Below, in pieces: positions 19,956 through 29,965 of a stretch of DNA of 44,496 bases. Within the stretch, counting starts at the first letter, position 1. Every line of letters begins with the position of its first letter. Made by a program: the position numbers and the translations under genes. A model generated the notes under the pieces. It saw nothing but the letters and a program-made list of their open reading frames with translations, was not told where the DNA came from and made no database searches. Source of the stretch: Candidatus Omnitrophota bacterium (GTDB lineage Bacteria > Omnitrophota > Gorgyraeia > Gygaellales > Profunditerraquicolaceae); NCBI GenBank assembly GCA_030691585.1, contig JAUYEC010000145.1, forward strand, positions 1 to 44,496. Reading direction: 5' to 3'.

Positions 19956-20349
19956 AACCAGCCAGGTTTCCAAGTCGGAGTACATAAATTACCTTAAAAA
20001 AGCCGAAGAATTTTTCTCAAGCGCGCAAGACAGCATCATAAAAGGGAAATGGAATTCTGCCGGGTTGAATGCCATACATAGCGGCATATCTTCGGCAGAC
20101 GCCTTGTTGGTTTCTTTGCATGGCATAAAAAGCTCAAGCCCGAAACACGACGACATACTTAAGCTCCTTAACAGTTTGGTAAAACACAAGGGGCTTGAAG
20201 AAAATATCGGCCATTTACGCAATTTAATTTCTATGAAAAATGTTGTCGAATATGATCAAAGGTTAATCACTCAAAATGAGGCTATAAATCTGGCAAAGCA
20301 CGCCGAAAGATTTCTTGCGTGGGTGAAATCCATGTTGTTCAAAGGATAG
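19939..20349 (+). CDS. HEPN-domain protein (COG2250-like), partner of the upstream NTase
   Basis: All-helical, 136 aa, with ...KWNSAGLNAIHSGISSADALL...KHDDILKLL...HLRNLISMKNVVEYD, a layout typical of HEPN domains paired with MNTs. It overlaps the upstream gene by 17 nt. I do not see a canonical R-x4-6-H RNase motif. Confidence 0.65.
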   Translation: MTKEIRTSQVSKSEYINYLKKAEEFFSSAQDSIIKGKWNSAGLNAIHSGISSADALLVSLHGIKSSSPKHDDILKLLNSLVKHKGLEENIGHLRNLISMKNVVEYDQRLITQNEAINLAKHAERFLAWVKSMLFKG

Positions 20350-20374
20350 CGGGGGAAGATTTTTCCATCTATCC

Positions 20375-20403
20375 TTGACAAAAGACGATTTGGATGGTAT
20401 CTT
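20375..20403 (+). promoter_or_regulatory. sigma70-type promoter of the pyr operon
   Basis: Consensus TTGACA (20375-20380), a 17-nt spacer, then TATCTT (20398-20403). Confidence 0.55.
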
Positions 20404-20422
20404 TATTCAGAATATAAAACAA

Positions 20423-20454
20423 CCTTTAAGCCGACTCTTGAGAAGCCGGTAAGG
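20423..20454 (+). promoter_or_regulatory. candidate PyrR-binding (anti-antiterminator) hairpin in the pyr leader
   Basis: CCTT-TAA-GCCG-ACTCTTGAGAAGC-CGGT-AAGG folds as lower stem, 5' bulge, upper stem and loop. The loop UCUUGAGAAGC resembles, but does not equal, the Bacillus PyrR box UCCAGAGAGGC. The 3' arm GCCGGTAAGG could alternatively pair with the terminator 5' arm CCCTTGGC. Confidence 0.35.
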
Positions 20455-20475
20455 TGGAAAAAATGAAAATAATGA

Positions 20476-21066
<591 letters not shown>

Positions 21067-21073
21067 AGTTTAA

Positions 21074-21104
21074 TGTAGGGGCGGGTTTTAAACCCGCCCC
21101 TACA
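21074..21104. repeat. family-A palindrome (A1, TTTTAAA centre)
   Basis: TGTAGGGGCGGGTTTTAAACCCGCCCCTACA, a perfect palindrome between pyrR and pyrB. Confidence 0.95.
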
Positions 21105-21116
21105 GTGGATATGTGT

Positions 21117-22061
21117 ATGAATTGGACAAGGAAGGATTTATTAGGCCTGGAAGAATTAAGCAAAGTCGAGATCGAGTTGATCTTGGCAACGGCGGAGTCT
21201 TTTAAAGAAGTGTCCAGCCGCGAAATAAAAAAAGTCCCTGCTTTGCGCGGCAAGACAGTGGTGAATTTATTTTATGAGCCCTCCACGCGCACCCGCGTTT
21301 CCTTTGAAGTGGCAGCTAAGAGATTATCGGCGGATGTGATCAATATCGCCGCTCAGGAATCCAGTGTGCGCAAGGGCGAGACCTTGGTCGATACCGGTAA
21401 AAACATCGAGGCCCTGAAGGCAGACATCATCGTGGTGCGCCACGGCGCATCGGGGGCGCCGGCATTATTGGCCCGCCATGTCGGCCTGAACGTAGTCAAT
21501 GCCGGTGACGGTTGGCACGAGCACCCCACTCAGGCACTGTTGGATATATTTACGCTGAAAGAAAAATTAGGCCGCGTAGAAGGATTAAAAGTCGTTATTG
21601 TCGGTGATATCGCGCATTCACGCGTGGCGCGTTCCAATATCTGGGGCCTGAGCAAATTGGGCGCTAAGGTCTGCGTTTGCGCGCCGGGTATGCTCATCCC
21701 GCCGGCAATAGAAGAAATGGGCGCGTCTATTTCATCCGATATAGACGAGGCTTTAAAAGGGGCGGATGCGGTGAATGTTTTGCGCATGCAGTTTGAGCGC
21801 GACGAAGAAGCGGCTTTCCCGGAGAAATTGGAATATTTTAAGAACTTCGGTATCACCAAAGAGCGGTTGCTCCGGGCCAAAAAAGATATTATCGTGATGC
21901 ACCCCGGCCCGATCAACCGCGGTATAGAAATATCCAGCGAGGTAGCTGACGGAGCTAATTCCGTTATATTAGAACAAGTGACCAACGGCATTGCCGTCCG
22001 AATGGCGGTGCTGTTTCTGGTGGCGCAGGCAAGAGATGAAAAACAGCCGCATACTGATTAA
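21117..22061 (+). CDS. pyrB: aspartate carbamoyltransferase catalytic subunit
   Basis: ...LFYEPSTRTRVSFEVAAKRL..., HEHPTQALLD and ...MHPGPINRG are ATCase carbamoyl-phosphate and aspartate site motifs. The start is uncertain (GTG 21105, ATG 21111 or ATG 21117). Confidence 0.92.
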   Translation: MNWTRKDLLGLEELSKVEIELILATAESFKEVSSREIKKVPALRGKTVVNLFYEPSTRTRVSFEVAAKRLSADVINIAAQESSVRKGETLVDTGKNIEALKADIIVVRHGASGAPALLARHVGLNVVNAGDGWHEHPTQALLDIFTLKEKLGRVEGLKVVIVGDIAHSRVARSNIWGLSKLGAKVCVCAPGMLIPPAIEEMGASISSDIDEALKGADAVNVLRMQFERDEEAAFPEKLEYFKNFGITKERLLRAKKDIIVMHPGPINRGIEISSEVADGANSVILEQVTNGIAVRMAVLFLVAQARDEKQPHTD

Positions 22062-23328
22062 AAACGGGCGCGTAATTGACCCGGCCGCAAACAAAGACGA
22101 GATCTCGGATATCCTTATAGACGGCGGCAAGATTATAAGCGTTGCCAGGGATATTAAGAATGGATGCCGGCAGGTCCTTGACGCCGCGGGAAAAATTGTG
22201 CTGCCGGGCCTGGTGGATATGCATGTGCATCTGCGCCAGCCGGGCAGGGAAGACAAAGAAACTATCGCTTCCGGCACTGCCGCGGCCTTAAAAGGCGGAG
22301 TGACCAGCGTCTTGGCTATGCCCAATACCCTACCTGCGATAGACAGCCTGAAAAATGTCAGTTTATTGCAGGGTATAATAAAAAAGGATGCCCAGGCAAA
22401 TGTTTTTATCTGCGGCGCTATAAGCCTGGGCCGCCAGGGTAAAGAATTAGTTGACCTGGCCCGGATGAGGAAAGCAGGTGTTTTAGCTTTTAGCGATGAC
22501 GGCTCATCCGTTGATGACGCGGAGTTGTTGTTAAAGGCTTTTAAAAAAGCCAGAGAGTATAAAGCGCTTATTATTTGCCACTGCGAAGATAAAATCCTGT
22601 CCGCAGGCGGAGTAGTGAACCTGGGTTTTACCTCCACGCGGCTGGGCTTGCGGGGAATCTCCCGGGAATCGGAGTATAAAAGGATCGAGCGCGATATCGC
22701 CTTGTCTGTCCGCGCAAAAGCCGCCTTGCATATCGCCCATGTCAGCTGCCGGGAATCAGTGGAGATCATCGCACTTGCCAAAAAGAAAGGCGCTGACTTG
22801 ACTTGTGAGACCGCCCCGCATTATTTTTGCTTGACCGAAGAGGCAGTGCTCGGTTACGATACTAATATGAAAATAAACCCGCCGTTAAGAAGCAAGGATG
22901 ATGTTTTGGCCATTAAGCAGGGCCTGGGTGACGGCACCATTGATGCGATCGCTTCGGACCACGCTGGGCATACGGAAAACGAAAAAGACATTGAATTCGA
23001 ACGGGCGGAATTCGGCACAACCGGCCTGGAAACGGAATTGGCAGCGGCCGCGACGGAGTTGGTGCATACGGGGATACTGGATTGGCGGCAATTAGCCGCA
23101 AAGATGTCGTTAAATCCTTCCCGGATACTGGGAATAAATAAAGGGGCCCTTATCGTCGGAAGAGACGCGGATATAGTTATTGTGGATCCGGATAAAGAAT
23201 GGGTAGTGCGTAAAGAGGATTTTATTTCCGGATCCAAGAATTCCGCTTTTACCGGAAGAAAATTTAAAGGGGTAGTGGAATATACCATTTGTAACGGGAA
23301 AATCGCGTATAAGACGGAGACCGGATAA
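22036..23328 (+). CDS. pyrC: dihydroorotase
   Basis: MKNSRILIKNGRVIDP...LPGLVDMHVHLRQPG... (amidohydrolase H-x-H) and ...DHAGH.... The start at ATG 22036 overlaps the pyrB 3' end by 26 nt. The track ORF extends 15 codons further upstream. Confidence 0.92.
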   Translation: MKNSRILIKNGRVIDPAANKDEISDILIDGGKIISVARDIKNGCRQVLDAAGKIVLPGLVDMHVHLRQPGREDKETIASGTAAALKGGVTSVLAMPNTLPAIDSLKNVSLLQGIIKKDAQANVFICGAISLGRQGKELVDLARMRKAGVLAFSDDGSSVDDAELLLKAFKKAREYKALIICHCEDKILSAGGVVNLGFTSTRLGLRGISRESEYKRIERDIALSVRAKAALHIAHVSCRESVEIIALAKKKGADLTCETAPHYFCLTEEAVLGYDTNMKINPPLRSKDDVLAIKQGLGDGTIDAIASDHAGHTENEKDIEFERAEFGTTGLETELAAAATELVHTGILDWRQLAAKMSLNPSRILGINKGALIVGRDADIVIVDPDKEWVVRKEDFISGSKNSAFTGRKFKGVVEYTICNGKIAYKTETG

Positions 23329-24566
23329 TGGAATTTATCGCCGATTTTCATATCCATTCCAAATACTCGCGCGCCACGAGCCGCGATATGGATGTTGCGC
23401 ATATCGCAGAGTGGGCAAAGCTTAAAGGCATTACGCTTATGGGCACGGGAGATTTTACCCATCACCTCTGGCTGGAAGAATTAAAACGCACCCTTGAAGA
23501 CCTGGGCAATGGTTTGTTTAAGCATAAAGATATTTACTATATTCTTACCAGCGAGATCAGTAGTATTTATTCCAAGGGTGGGCGGTGTTATCGAATTCAC
23601 AATATGGTTATTGCCCCGTCCTTTAAAACGGTAGATAAGATTAATGAAACTTTGTCTAGGTATGGAAATTTGGCCAGTGACGGCCGGCCGATACTGGGAA
23701 TGGATGCCGAGGATTTGGCGCGCATTGTTTTTGATATTGATGAAAACTGTATAATTATTTGTGGTCATATCTGGACACCGTGGTTTTCTTTATTCGGATC
23801 AATGTCTGGCTTTGACCGGATAGAAGATTGTTTTGGGAAACAGACAGAAAAACTATTTGCACTGGAGACGGGCCTGTCCTCGGATCCTGCAATGAACTGG
23901 AGACTTTCCGCGCTGGACAGGTTCACCTTAGTCAGTAATTCCGATAGTCATAGCCCCTCAAAGATCGGACGCGAAGCTAATGTTTTTAACTGCGAGTTGG
24001 ATTATAAAACGATCAGGGAAGTATTAAAGACAAAGGACAAGAAAAGATTTTTATACACCATTGAATTTTTCCCCGAAGAAGGGAAGTACCATTACGACGG
24101 GCACCGTTTGTGCGGAGTGAGGCTTTCTCCCAAAGAGACCAAGGAGCATAACGGACGTTGCCCAAAATGCGGGAAGCCGGTGACTGTGGGGGTAATGAAC
24201 CGCGTGGACCAGCTGGCTGACCGGCCCGAAGGGGCGAAGCCCGATAATGCTATACCTTTTAAGAACCTGATCTCTTTTGATGAGATCATTGCCGAGACTA
24301 AAGGTGTGGGCAAGGGGTCAGTGGCAGTAGAAAGAGAATACCGAAGTTTGGTCTCTAAATTTGGAACAGAATTCAACATACTGCTGAAGGCTTCAAAAGA
24401 AGAATTGCTTAAAGGCCTGCCTCCGCGTGTGGCTGAAGGAGTCTTGCGAGTGCGCGAAGGCAAGGTCAATATTAAGGCCGGCTATGACGGCGAATACGGA
24501 ATAATCTCAATTTTCGGCGACGAAGATAAACCCGCCGCGCAAGAGCAGCAATTAAGCCTATTTTAA
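23328..24566 (+). CDS. endonuclease Q-like PHP-domain protein with Cys4-type zinc finger
   Basis: MEFIADFHIHSKYSRATSRDMD...GTGDFTHHLW is the PHP metal site, laid out like archaeal and Bacillus EndoQ. A central CGVRLSPKETKEHNGRCPKCGKPV zinc ribbon is present and the 412-aa length fits. The TAATG overlap with pyrC is 1 nt. Confidence 0.65.
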   Translation: MEFIADFHIHSKYSRATSRDMDVAHIAEWAKLKGITLMGTGDFTHHLWLEELKRTLEDLGNGLFKHKDIYYILTSEISSIYSKGGRCYRIHNMVIAPSFKTVDKINETLSRYGNLASDGRPILGMDAEDLARIVFDIDENCIIICGHIWTPWFSLFGSMSGFDRIEDCFGKQTEKLFALETGLSSDPAMNWRLSALDRFTLVSNSDSHSPSKIGREANVFNCELDYKTIREVLKTKDKKRFLYTIEFFPEEGKYHYDGHRLCGVRLSPKETKEHNGRCPKCGKPVTVGVMNRVDQLADRPEGAKPDNAIPFKNLISFDEIIAETKGVGKGSVAVEREYRSLVSKFGTEFNILLKASKEELLKGLPPRVAEGVLRVREGKVNIKAGYDGEYGIISIFGDEDKPAAQEQQLSLF

Positions 24567-24571
24567 ATTAC

Positions 24572-24643
24572 GCGCCTGTAGCTCAACGGATAGAGCATTG
24601 GCCTCCGAAGCCAGTTGTGCAGGTTCGATTCCCGCCAGGCGCA
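24572..24643 (+). tRNA. tRNA-Arg (anticodon CCG)
   Basis: Cloverleaf by hand: acceptor GCGCCTG/CAGGCGC, D-arm GCTC-AACGGATA-GAGC, anticodon arm TTGGC-CTCCGAA-GCCAG, T-arm GCAGG-TTCGATT-CCCGC (one A-C mismatch), discriminator A. No CCA is encoded. It starts 5 nt after the upstream stop. Confidence 0.85.
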
Positions 24644-24668
24644 ATTTTATTGTGGTACAGGTTCCCTG

Positions 24669-24688
24669 CCTGCCTGCCGGCAGGCAGG
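24669..24688. repeat. family-B palindrome CCTGCCTGCCGGCAGGCAGG
   Basis: A perfect 20-bp palindrome, flanked by a further ACAGG...CCTGT pairing (24656-24697). A second copy with one change lies at 40410-40429. Confidence 0.85.
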
Positions 24689-24800
24689 GACTCCTGTCAG
24701 GGGCATTTATTACAAAGTGGAGTATAAATCCATAAAATTAGGTAAAAATCCAGATAAAGTGGCGTATATTCATTATTCAGGCGGTTTAGGTGGAGCAGTA

Positions 24801-24818
24801 ATGGCGTTATTAGCATGA
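24801..24818 (+). other. possible 5-codon upstream ORF (MALLA*) coupled to carA
   Basis: AGGTGGAG (24788-24795), 5 nt, then ATG GCG TTA TTA GCA TGA. The TGA overlaps the carA ATG (ATGA). carA has no Shine-Dalgarno of its own. Confidence 0.25.
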
Positions 24819-25903
24819 AAGCAATACTTTTATTAGAAGACGGTACAGTTTTCCAGGGTAAAGGCTTTGGCCGCCAAGGCGAGGCCTTTGGCGAGGTGGT
24901 TTTTAATACCTCAATTACCGGTTATCAGGAGATCATTACCGATCCTTCTTATAAAGGCCAGATCGTGGCTATGACTTATCCGTTGATCGGTAACTATGGG
25001 GTCAACGATGAAGATGTGGAATCGGCTCGGCCGTGGCTTGAAGGACTTGTGGTCAAAGAGCTCAGCGCTGTTCGTTCTAACTGGCGTTCGACCATGGACC
25101 TGGGTGAGTATTTAAAGATCAACAATATTGTCGGCATCCAGGGCATAGACACGCGCGCCTTAACCCGGCATATCCGTTTGCAGGGAGCAATGCAGGCAGT
25201 GCTTTCAACAGGCGAGCAAGACGAAAAAAAATTGCTGGAAAAATTAAAGGCAGCGCCCCGGTTGGCAGGCGCGGATCTGGTAAAAGAAGTCAGCTGTCGG
25301 GCGCCTTATGAATGGATTGAGAATCCTAAGAAGGCGCGTTTTAAAGTGGTGGCCCTGGATTGCGGGATAAAATTTAATATACTGCGGCATTTAGCTGCGG
25401 CAGGTTGTAAAGTCAAAATTGTTCCCGCCTATACCGGCGCAGAAGAAATACTGAAATCAAAACCCGACGGTGTGCTGCTTTCTAACGGCCCGGGAGATCC
25501 GGCGGCTGTTACCTATGTAGTGGAAACTGCCCGTCAATTGATCGGCAAGGTCCCGATCTTCGGGATCTGCCTCGGCCATCAGATGCTCGGCCTGGCCCTG
25601 GGTGGTAAAACTTATAAATTAAAATTCGGCCACCACGGCGCAAACCATCCGGTAAAAGACCTGAAAACCGGCAAAGTCGCCATCACCAGTCAGAACCACG
25701 GTTTTTGTGTGGATATTAAAAGCATCCCAAATAAAAACACCGTAATGACGCACCTGAATTTATACGATAATACCGCCGAGGGCCTGGAAAACAAGCGCTT
25801 GAAATTATTCAGCGTGCAGTATCATCCGGAAGCAGGGCCCGGACCGCACGATGCCGGGTATTTATTTAACAAATTCACGCAGTTGATGGAGAAACATGCC
25901 TAA
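24815..25903 (+). CDS. carA: carbamoyl-phosphate synthase small (glutaminase) subunit
   Basis: [19 protein letters not shown]...[10 protein letters not shown]...[13 protein letters not shown]...YHPE is the class-I amidotransferase Cys-His-Glu layout. Confidence 0.95.
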   Translation: MKAILLLEDGTVFQGKGFGRQGEAFGEVVFNTSITGYQEIITDPSYKGQIVAMTYPLIGNYGVNDEDVESARPWLEGLVVKELSAVRSNWRSTMDLGEYLKINNIVGIQGIDTRALTRHIRLQGAMQAVLSTGEQDEKKLLEKLKAAPRLAGADLVKEVSCRAPYEWIENPKKARFKVVALDCGIKFNILRHLAAAGCKVKIVPAYTGAEEILKSKPDGVLLSNGPGDPAAVTYVVETARQLIGKVPIFGICLGHQMLGLALGGKTYKLKFGHHGANHPVKDLKTGKVAITSQNHGFCVDIKSIPNKNTVMTHLNLYDNTAEGLENKRLKLFSVQYHPEAGPGPHDAGYLFNKFTQLMEKHA

Positions 25904-28900
25904 GCGCACTGATATCAAAAAAATCCTGATTATCGGTTCCGGCCCGATCATTATCGGCCAGGCCTGTGAGTTTGATTATTCCGGCACACAGGCCTGCAAG
26001 GCCTTAAGAGAAGAAGGCTTTAAAGTGATCTTGGCTAATTCCAATCCGGCGACGATCATGACCGATCCCCAAACCGCTGACCGCACCTACATCGAGCCGC
26101 TCACCGTGGAAATGTTGGAAAAAATTATCCGCAAAGAGCGGCCGGACGCGCTTTTGCCGACGCTGGGCGGCCAGACCGGGTTAAACTTGAGCATCCAGCT
26201 TGCCGATAAGGGCATCCTCAAAAAATACGGGGTGCAGATGATCGGCGCGGACCGTAAGGCCATCAAAAAAGCCGAGGACCGCAAGCTCTTCAAAGCGGCA
26301 ATGCAAAAGATCGGCCTGGACCTGCCCAAAAGCGGCCTGGCCTATAATATGCGCGAGGCCAGAATTATAGCCAAGCGTATCGGATACCCGGTGATCATCC
26401 GGCCGTCGTTTACTTTGGGCGGCAGCGGAGGCGGCACTGCCTATAACGCTGAAGATTTTGATATTTATGCCCAGCGCGGCCTTGAGTCGAGCATGATCTC
26501 CGAGATCCTGGTCGAGGAATCGATCATCGGCTGGAAGGAATTTGAACTGGAAGTGATGCGCGACAAAAAAGACAACGTGGTGATTATCTGCTCAATTGAA
26601 AATTTTGACCCCATGGGTGTACACACCGGAGATTCCATTACCGTTGCTCCGGCCCAGACGCTTACTGATAGAGAATATCAGTTGATGCGTGACGCGGCCA
26701 TCGCCTGCATCAGGGAGATCGGAGTAGATACCGGTGGTTCAAATATCCAGTTTGCAGTCAATCCGGATAACGGCCGGATGGTGGTCATTGAAATGAACCC
26801 GCGGGTTTCGCGTTCATCGGCGTTGGCTTCTAAAGCCACGGGCTTTCCTATTGCCAAGATCGCGGCAAAACTGGCGGTCGGCTACACTTTGGACGAAATA
26901 CCGAATGATATTACCAAGGGCACGCCTGCTTCTTTTGAACCGGTGATCGATTATTGCGTGGTGAAGATCCCGCGTTTTGCCTTTGAGAAATTTCCTGCCG
27001 CGGATTCCACTCTTACCATTCAGATGAAATCCGTCGGAGAGGTGATGGCTATCGGCAGGACCTTTAAAGAAGCGCTGCAAAAGGGCATCCGCGGCCTGGA
27101 GATAAAGCGCTGGGGCCTTGAGGGCATAGAATATAAGGACAAACAGGAATTAGAAGGAGAGCTCAGGCGGCCAAACGAGAAACGCCTCTTTTATTTATGC
27201 CAGGCGCTTAAAGAAGAATATTCCATAGAAAAATTATATGAGCTAACCAAGATCGACCGCTGGTTTTTGCAAAACCTTAAAGAGATCGTCGAATTTGAAG
27301 AAAAAATAACACCGGATAATCTCCTGGAAGCAAAACAGATGGGTTTTAGCGACCGGCAGCTGGCCAGGATCTTAGGCAGTGACGAAGACAAGGTCAGGGC
27401 TACGCGCATTAAGCAGGGCATTGAGCCGGTCTATAAACTGGTGGATACCTGTGCCGCTGAATTCCAGGCGCCGACGCCGTATTACTATTCTACTTATGAA
27501 ACGCCTTTTAAGCGAAATGGCAAGATCGAAACGGAGAATGAAACGCGCAATGATGCAAAACCTAAAATCGTCATCTTAGGCGGCGGGCCCAACCGCATTG
27601 GCCAGGGGATTGAATTTGATTATTGCTGCTGCCATGCCGCTTACGCCCTTAAAGAAATGGGGTTTGAGACGATCATGGTCAATTCCAACCCGGAAACAGT
27701 TTCCACCGACTATGATACTTCGGATAAGTTATACTTTGAGCCGCTGACTAAAGAGGATGTTCTCAACATTATCGACAAGGAAAAACCCGAGGGGGTGATC
27801 GTGCAATTAGGCGGGCAGACGCCGTTGAACCTGGCTCTACCTCTTGAGAAGGCCGGGGCCAAGATCATCGGGACTTCTCCTGATGCCATTGACCGCGCCG
27901 AAGACAGGAAGCGCTTCAATCAACTGGTGGATAAATTAGGATTAACCCAGCCTGCCGGCGGCACAGCAGTGACTGTTAAAGAAGCGCTGGCAGTGGCGCA
28001 TAAAATCGGCTACCCGGTATTAGTGCGGCCGTCCTACGTTTTAGGGGGCAGGGCTATGGAGATCGTTTATGACGATAAGGCGCTGGAATATTATATGCAG
28101 CATGCTGTCTGGGTTTCTGATGCCCGGCCGGTGCTGGTGGATAAGTTTATTGAAGATGCCATAGAAGTGGACGTGGATATGGTCGCCGACGGAGAGACCT
28201 TTGTTATCGGCGGAATTTTAGAACATATTGAAGAGGCAGGTGTGCATTCGGGTGACGCGGCCATGGCCTTGCCGCCGCACACCCTGCCGCAGGAAATATT
28301 AGAGAAGATCCGCAAATACACTCACGAACTGGCCAGGGAACTGCATGTTGTGGGTTTAATGAATGTGCAATACGCGGTGAGAGGTGATACGGTCTATATC
28401 CTGGAAGTCAATCCCCGCGCCAGCCGCACCGTGCCGTTTGTTTCCAAGGCCATCGGTGTGCCGCTGGCAAAGTTGGCGGCCAAAGTCATGGCCGGGGCTA
28501 AACTCAAAGACCTGGGATTCACTGAAGAGGTTATTCCCAAACACATAGCGGTAAAAGAATCTGTGCTGCCTTTTGTAAAATTTCCCGGTATAGATATAAC
28601 CTTGGGCCCGGAAATGAGATCAACCGGCGAGGTCATGGGCATAGATATGGATTTTAACAAGGCCTTTGCCAAGAGCCAGCTTGGCGCCTATCAAAACTTG
28701 CCGCTTGCCGGGACTGTTTTCCTAAGCGTCAAAGACAGCGATAAAAAGCCCGCTCTTGCCGAGGTCGCCGCGAAATTGGAAGAGCTGGGGTTCAAGATCA
28801 TTTCCACGGTGGGCACGGCCGCGTTCCTGGAAAAGAACAAGGTATATGCCCGCACCATCCAGCGCGTAAACCAGAGTAAGCCCAATCTCCTGGATCTGAT

Positions 28901-29105
28901 CCGGGAAAATAAGGTGCAGTTGATCATCAATACCGCTTCGGGAAAAATTCCGCGCCGGGATGAGGTGAGGATACGCTCTGCCGCGGTCAGTTCAGGTGTC
29001 CCGACGGTAACCACGCTGCCCGGGGCGCAGGCTTGTATCAAGGGTATCGAGGCCCTGATTAAACATAAATTGGATGTCAAGCCGCTGCAGAAGTATTATG
29101 TCTAG
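25896..29105 (+). CDS. carB: carbamoyl-phosphate synthase large subunit
   Basis: [33 protein letters not shown]... with a second ATP-grasp half ...[22 protein letters not shown].... It is 1,069 aa and overlaps carA by 8 nt. Confidence 0.97.
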   Translation: MPKRTDIKKILIIGSGPIIIGQACEFDYSGTQACKALREEGFKVILANSNPATIMTDPQTADRTYIEPLTVEMLEKIIRKERPDALLPTLGGQTGLNLSIQLADKGILKKYGVQMIGADRKAIKKAEDRKLFKAAMQKIGLDLPKSGLAYNMREARIIAKRIGYPVIIRPSFTLGGSGGGTAYNAEDFDIYAQRGLESSMISEILVEESIIGWKEFELEVMRDKKDNVVIICSIENFDPMGVHTGDSITVAPAQTLTDREYQLMRDAAIACIREIGVDTGGSNIQFAVNPDNGRMVVIEMNPRVSRSSALASKATGFPIAKIAAKLAVGYTLDEIPNDITKGTPASFEPVIDYCVVKIPRFAFEKFPAADSTLTIQMKSVGEVMAIGRTFKEALQKGIRGLEIKRWGLEGIEYKDKQELEGELRRPNEKRLFYLCQALKEEYSIEKLYELTKIDRWFLQNLKEIVEFEEKITPDNLLEAKQMGFSDRQLARILGSDEDKVRATRIKQGIEPVYKLVDTCAAEFQAPTPYYYSTYETPFKRNGKIETENETRNDAKPKIVILGGGPNRIGQGIEFDYCCCHAAYALKEMGFETIMVNSNPETVSTDYDTSDKLYFEPLTKEDVLNIIDKEKPEGVIVQLGGQTPLNLALPLEKAGAKIIGTSPDAIDRAEDRKRFNQLVDKLGLTQPAGGTAVTVKEALAVAHKIGYPVLVRPSYVLGGRAMEIVYDDKALEYYMQHAVWVSDARPVLVDKFIEDAIEVDVDMVADGETFVIGGILEHIEEAGVHSGDAAMALPPHTLPQEILEKIRKYTHELARELHVVGLMNVQYAVRGDTVYILEVNPRASRTVPFVSKAIGVPLAKLAAKVMAGAKLKDLGFTEEVIPKHIAVKESVLPFVKFPGIDITLGPEMRSTGEVMGIDMDFNKAFAKSQLGAYQNLPLAGTVFLSVKDSDKKPALAEVAAKLEELGFKIISTVGTAAFLEKNKVYARTIQRVNQSKPNLLDLIRENKVQLIINTASGKIPRRDEVRIRSAAVSSGVPTVTTLPGAQACIKGIEALIKHKLDVKPLQKYYV

Positions 29106-29109
29106 GCCC

Positions 29110-29138
29110 GTAGGGGCGGGTTTTAAACCCGCCCCTAC
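29110..29138. repeat. family-A palindrome (A1, TTTTAAA centre)
   Basis: GTAGGGGCGGGTTTTAAACCCGCCCCTAC, starting 5 nt after the carB stop. Confidence 0.95.
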
Positions 29139-29158
29139 AAAAATGGCAAAGGAGATAT

Positions 29159-29962
29159 ATGCCCGAATTGCCTGAAGTAGAGACTGTAAAGCGTGAACTT
29201 GAGGCTGCGGTCCTGGGGAAAAAGATCGTGGAGGTGCGCGTATTTGACTCCAGGGTGATCCGTTTTCCGTCCGCGGCTGAATTCAAAAAAGGGTTAACCG
29301 GCGCCGTCATAAAAAATATCTTACGCAAGGCAAAAGTTTTGATCCTGGAGCTGACAAATTCAAAATCATTGGTGGTCCATTTAAAGATGACCGGCCAGCT
29401 GGTCTATCCCGGAGCAGCCGGCAAGGCAAGCAGGGTGAGTTTTTATTTTTCCGACGGCAAGATCCTGGATTTTAACGACCAGAGGTTATTTGCGGAGTTG
29501 CGCCTGATGGAGCGCTGGCAGGACCTGGAATTTATCCGGAATCTCGGGCCGGAGCCGTTTGAGATCGGCCCAGAGCAATTCAGAGAGATGCTGGGTAAGA
29601 AAAAGACTAAGATCAAACCGTTGTTAATGGATCAGGCTTTTATCTCCGGCGTCGGCAATCTTTATGCGGCAGAAGCGCTTTTTGGCGCGGGCATCGATCC
29701 GCGCCGGCCGGCGGATAGCCTGACCGCCAAAGAGAGCGCGGTTCTTCTTAAGGAGATAAAGGATATTCTGAATAAGGCCATCGAGCATAAAGGTTCGTCG
29801 GTGGACCAGTATGTGCAATTGTCCGGGGAACCCGGAGGATATGCGAAATACCATAAGGTTTATGACAGAGTGGGTAAGCCGTGTTTAGTCTGTAAAACGC
29901 CCATTCAGAGGATCGCGCTCGGGGGCAGGGGCACCTATTTTTGCCCGAAGTGCCAGAGGTAG
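29159..29962 (+). CDS. mutM: formamidopyrimidine-DNA glycosylase (Fpg)
   Basis: The canonical N-terminus MPELPEVETV, the H2TH region, and the C-terminal zinc finger CLVCKTPIQRIALGGRGTYFCPKCQ. The RBS is AAAGGAG. Confidence 0.93.
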   Translation: MPELPEVETVKRELEAAVLGKKIVEVRVFDSRVIRFPSAAEFKKGLTGAVIKNILRKAKVLILELTNSKSLVVHLKMTGQLVYPGAAGKASRVSFYFSDGKILDFNDQRLFAELRLMERWQDLEFIRNLGPEPFEIGPEQFREMLGKKKTKIKPLLMDQAFISGVGNLYAAEALFGAGIDPRRPADSLTAKESAVLLKEIKDILNKAIEHKGSSVDQYVQLSGEPGGYAKYHKVYDRVGKPCLVCKTPIQRIALGGRGTYFCPKCQR

Positions 29963-29965
29963 AAT

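Noticed and set aside
21969-22781. A 270-aa minus-strand ORF, and similar long antisense ORFs (22854-23465, 32735-33388, 34933-35412, 36696-37199, 37416-38057, 38525-38941).
   Set aside because: Each lies entirely antisense to a strongly supported conserved gene (pyrB/pyrC, pyrD/pyrF, atpA, atpB, atpD/I). Their translations are low-complexity and Arg/Ser/Pro-rich with no recognisable motif. They are typical shadow ORFs of GC-balanced coding DNA.
24615-24818. A 67-aa plus-strand ORF between the EndoQ-like gene and carA.
   Set aside because: It starts inside tRNA-Arg and runs through the family-B palindrome. Only its last five codons, preceded by a good RBS, are retained as a possible mini-uORF.
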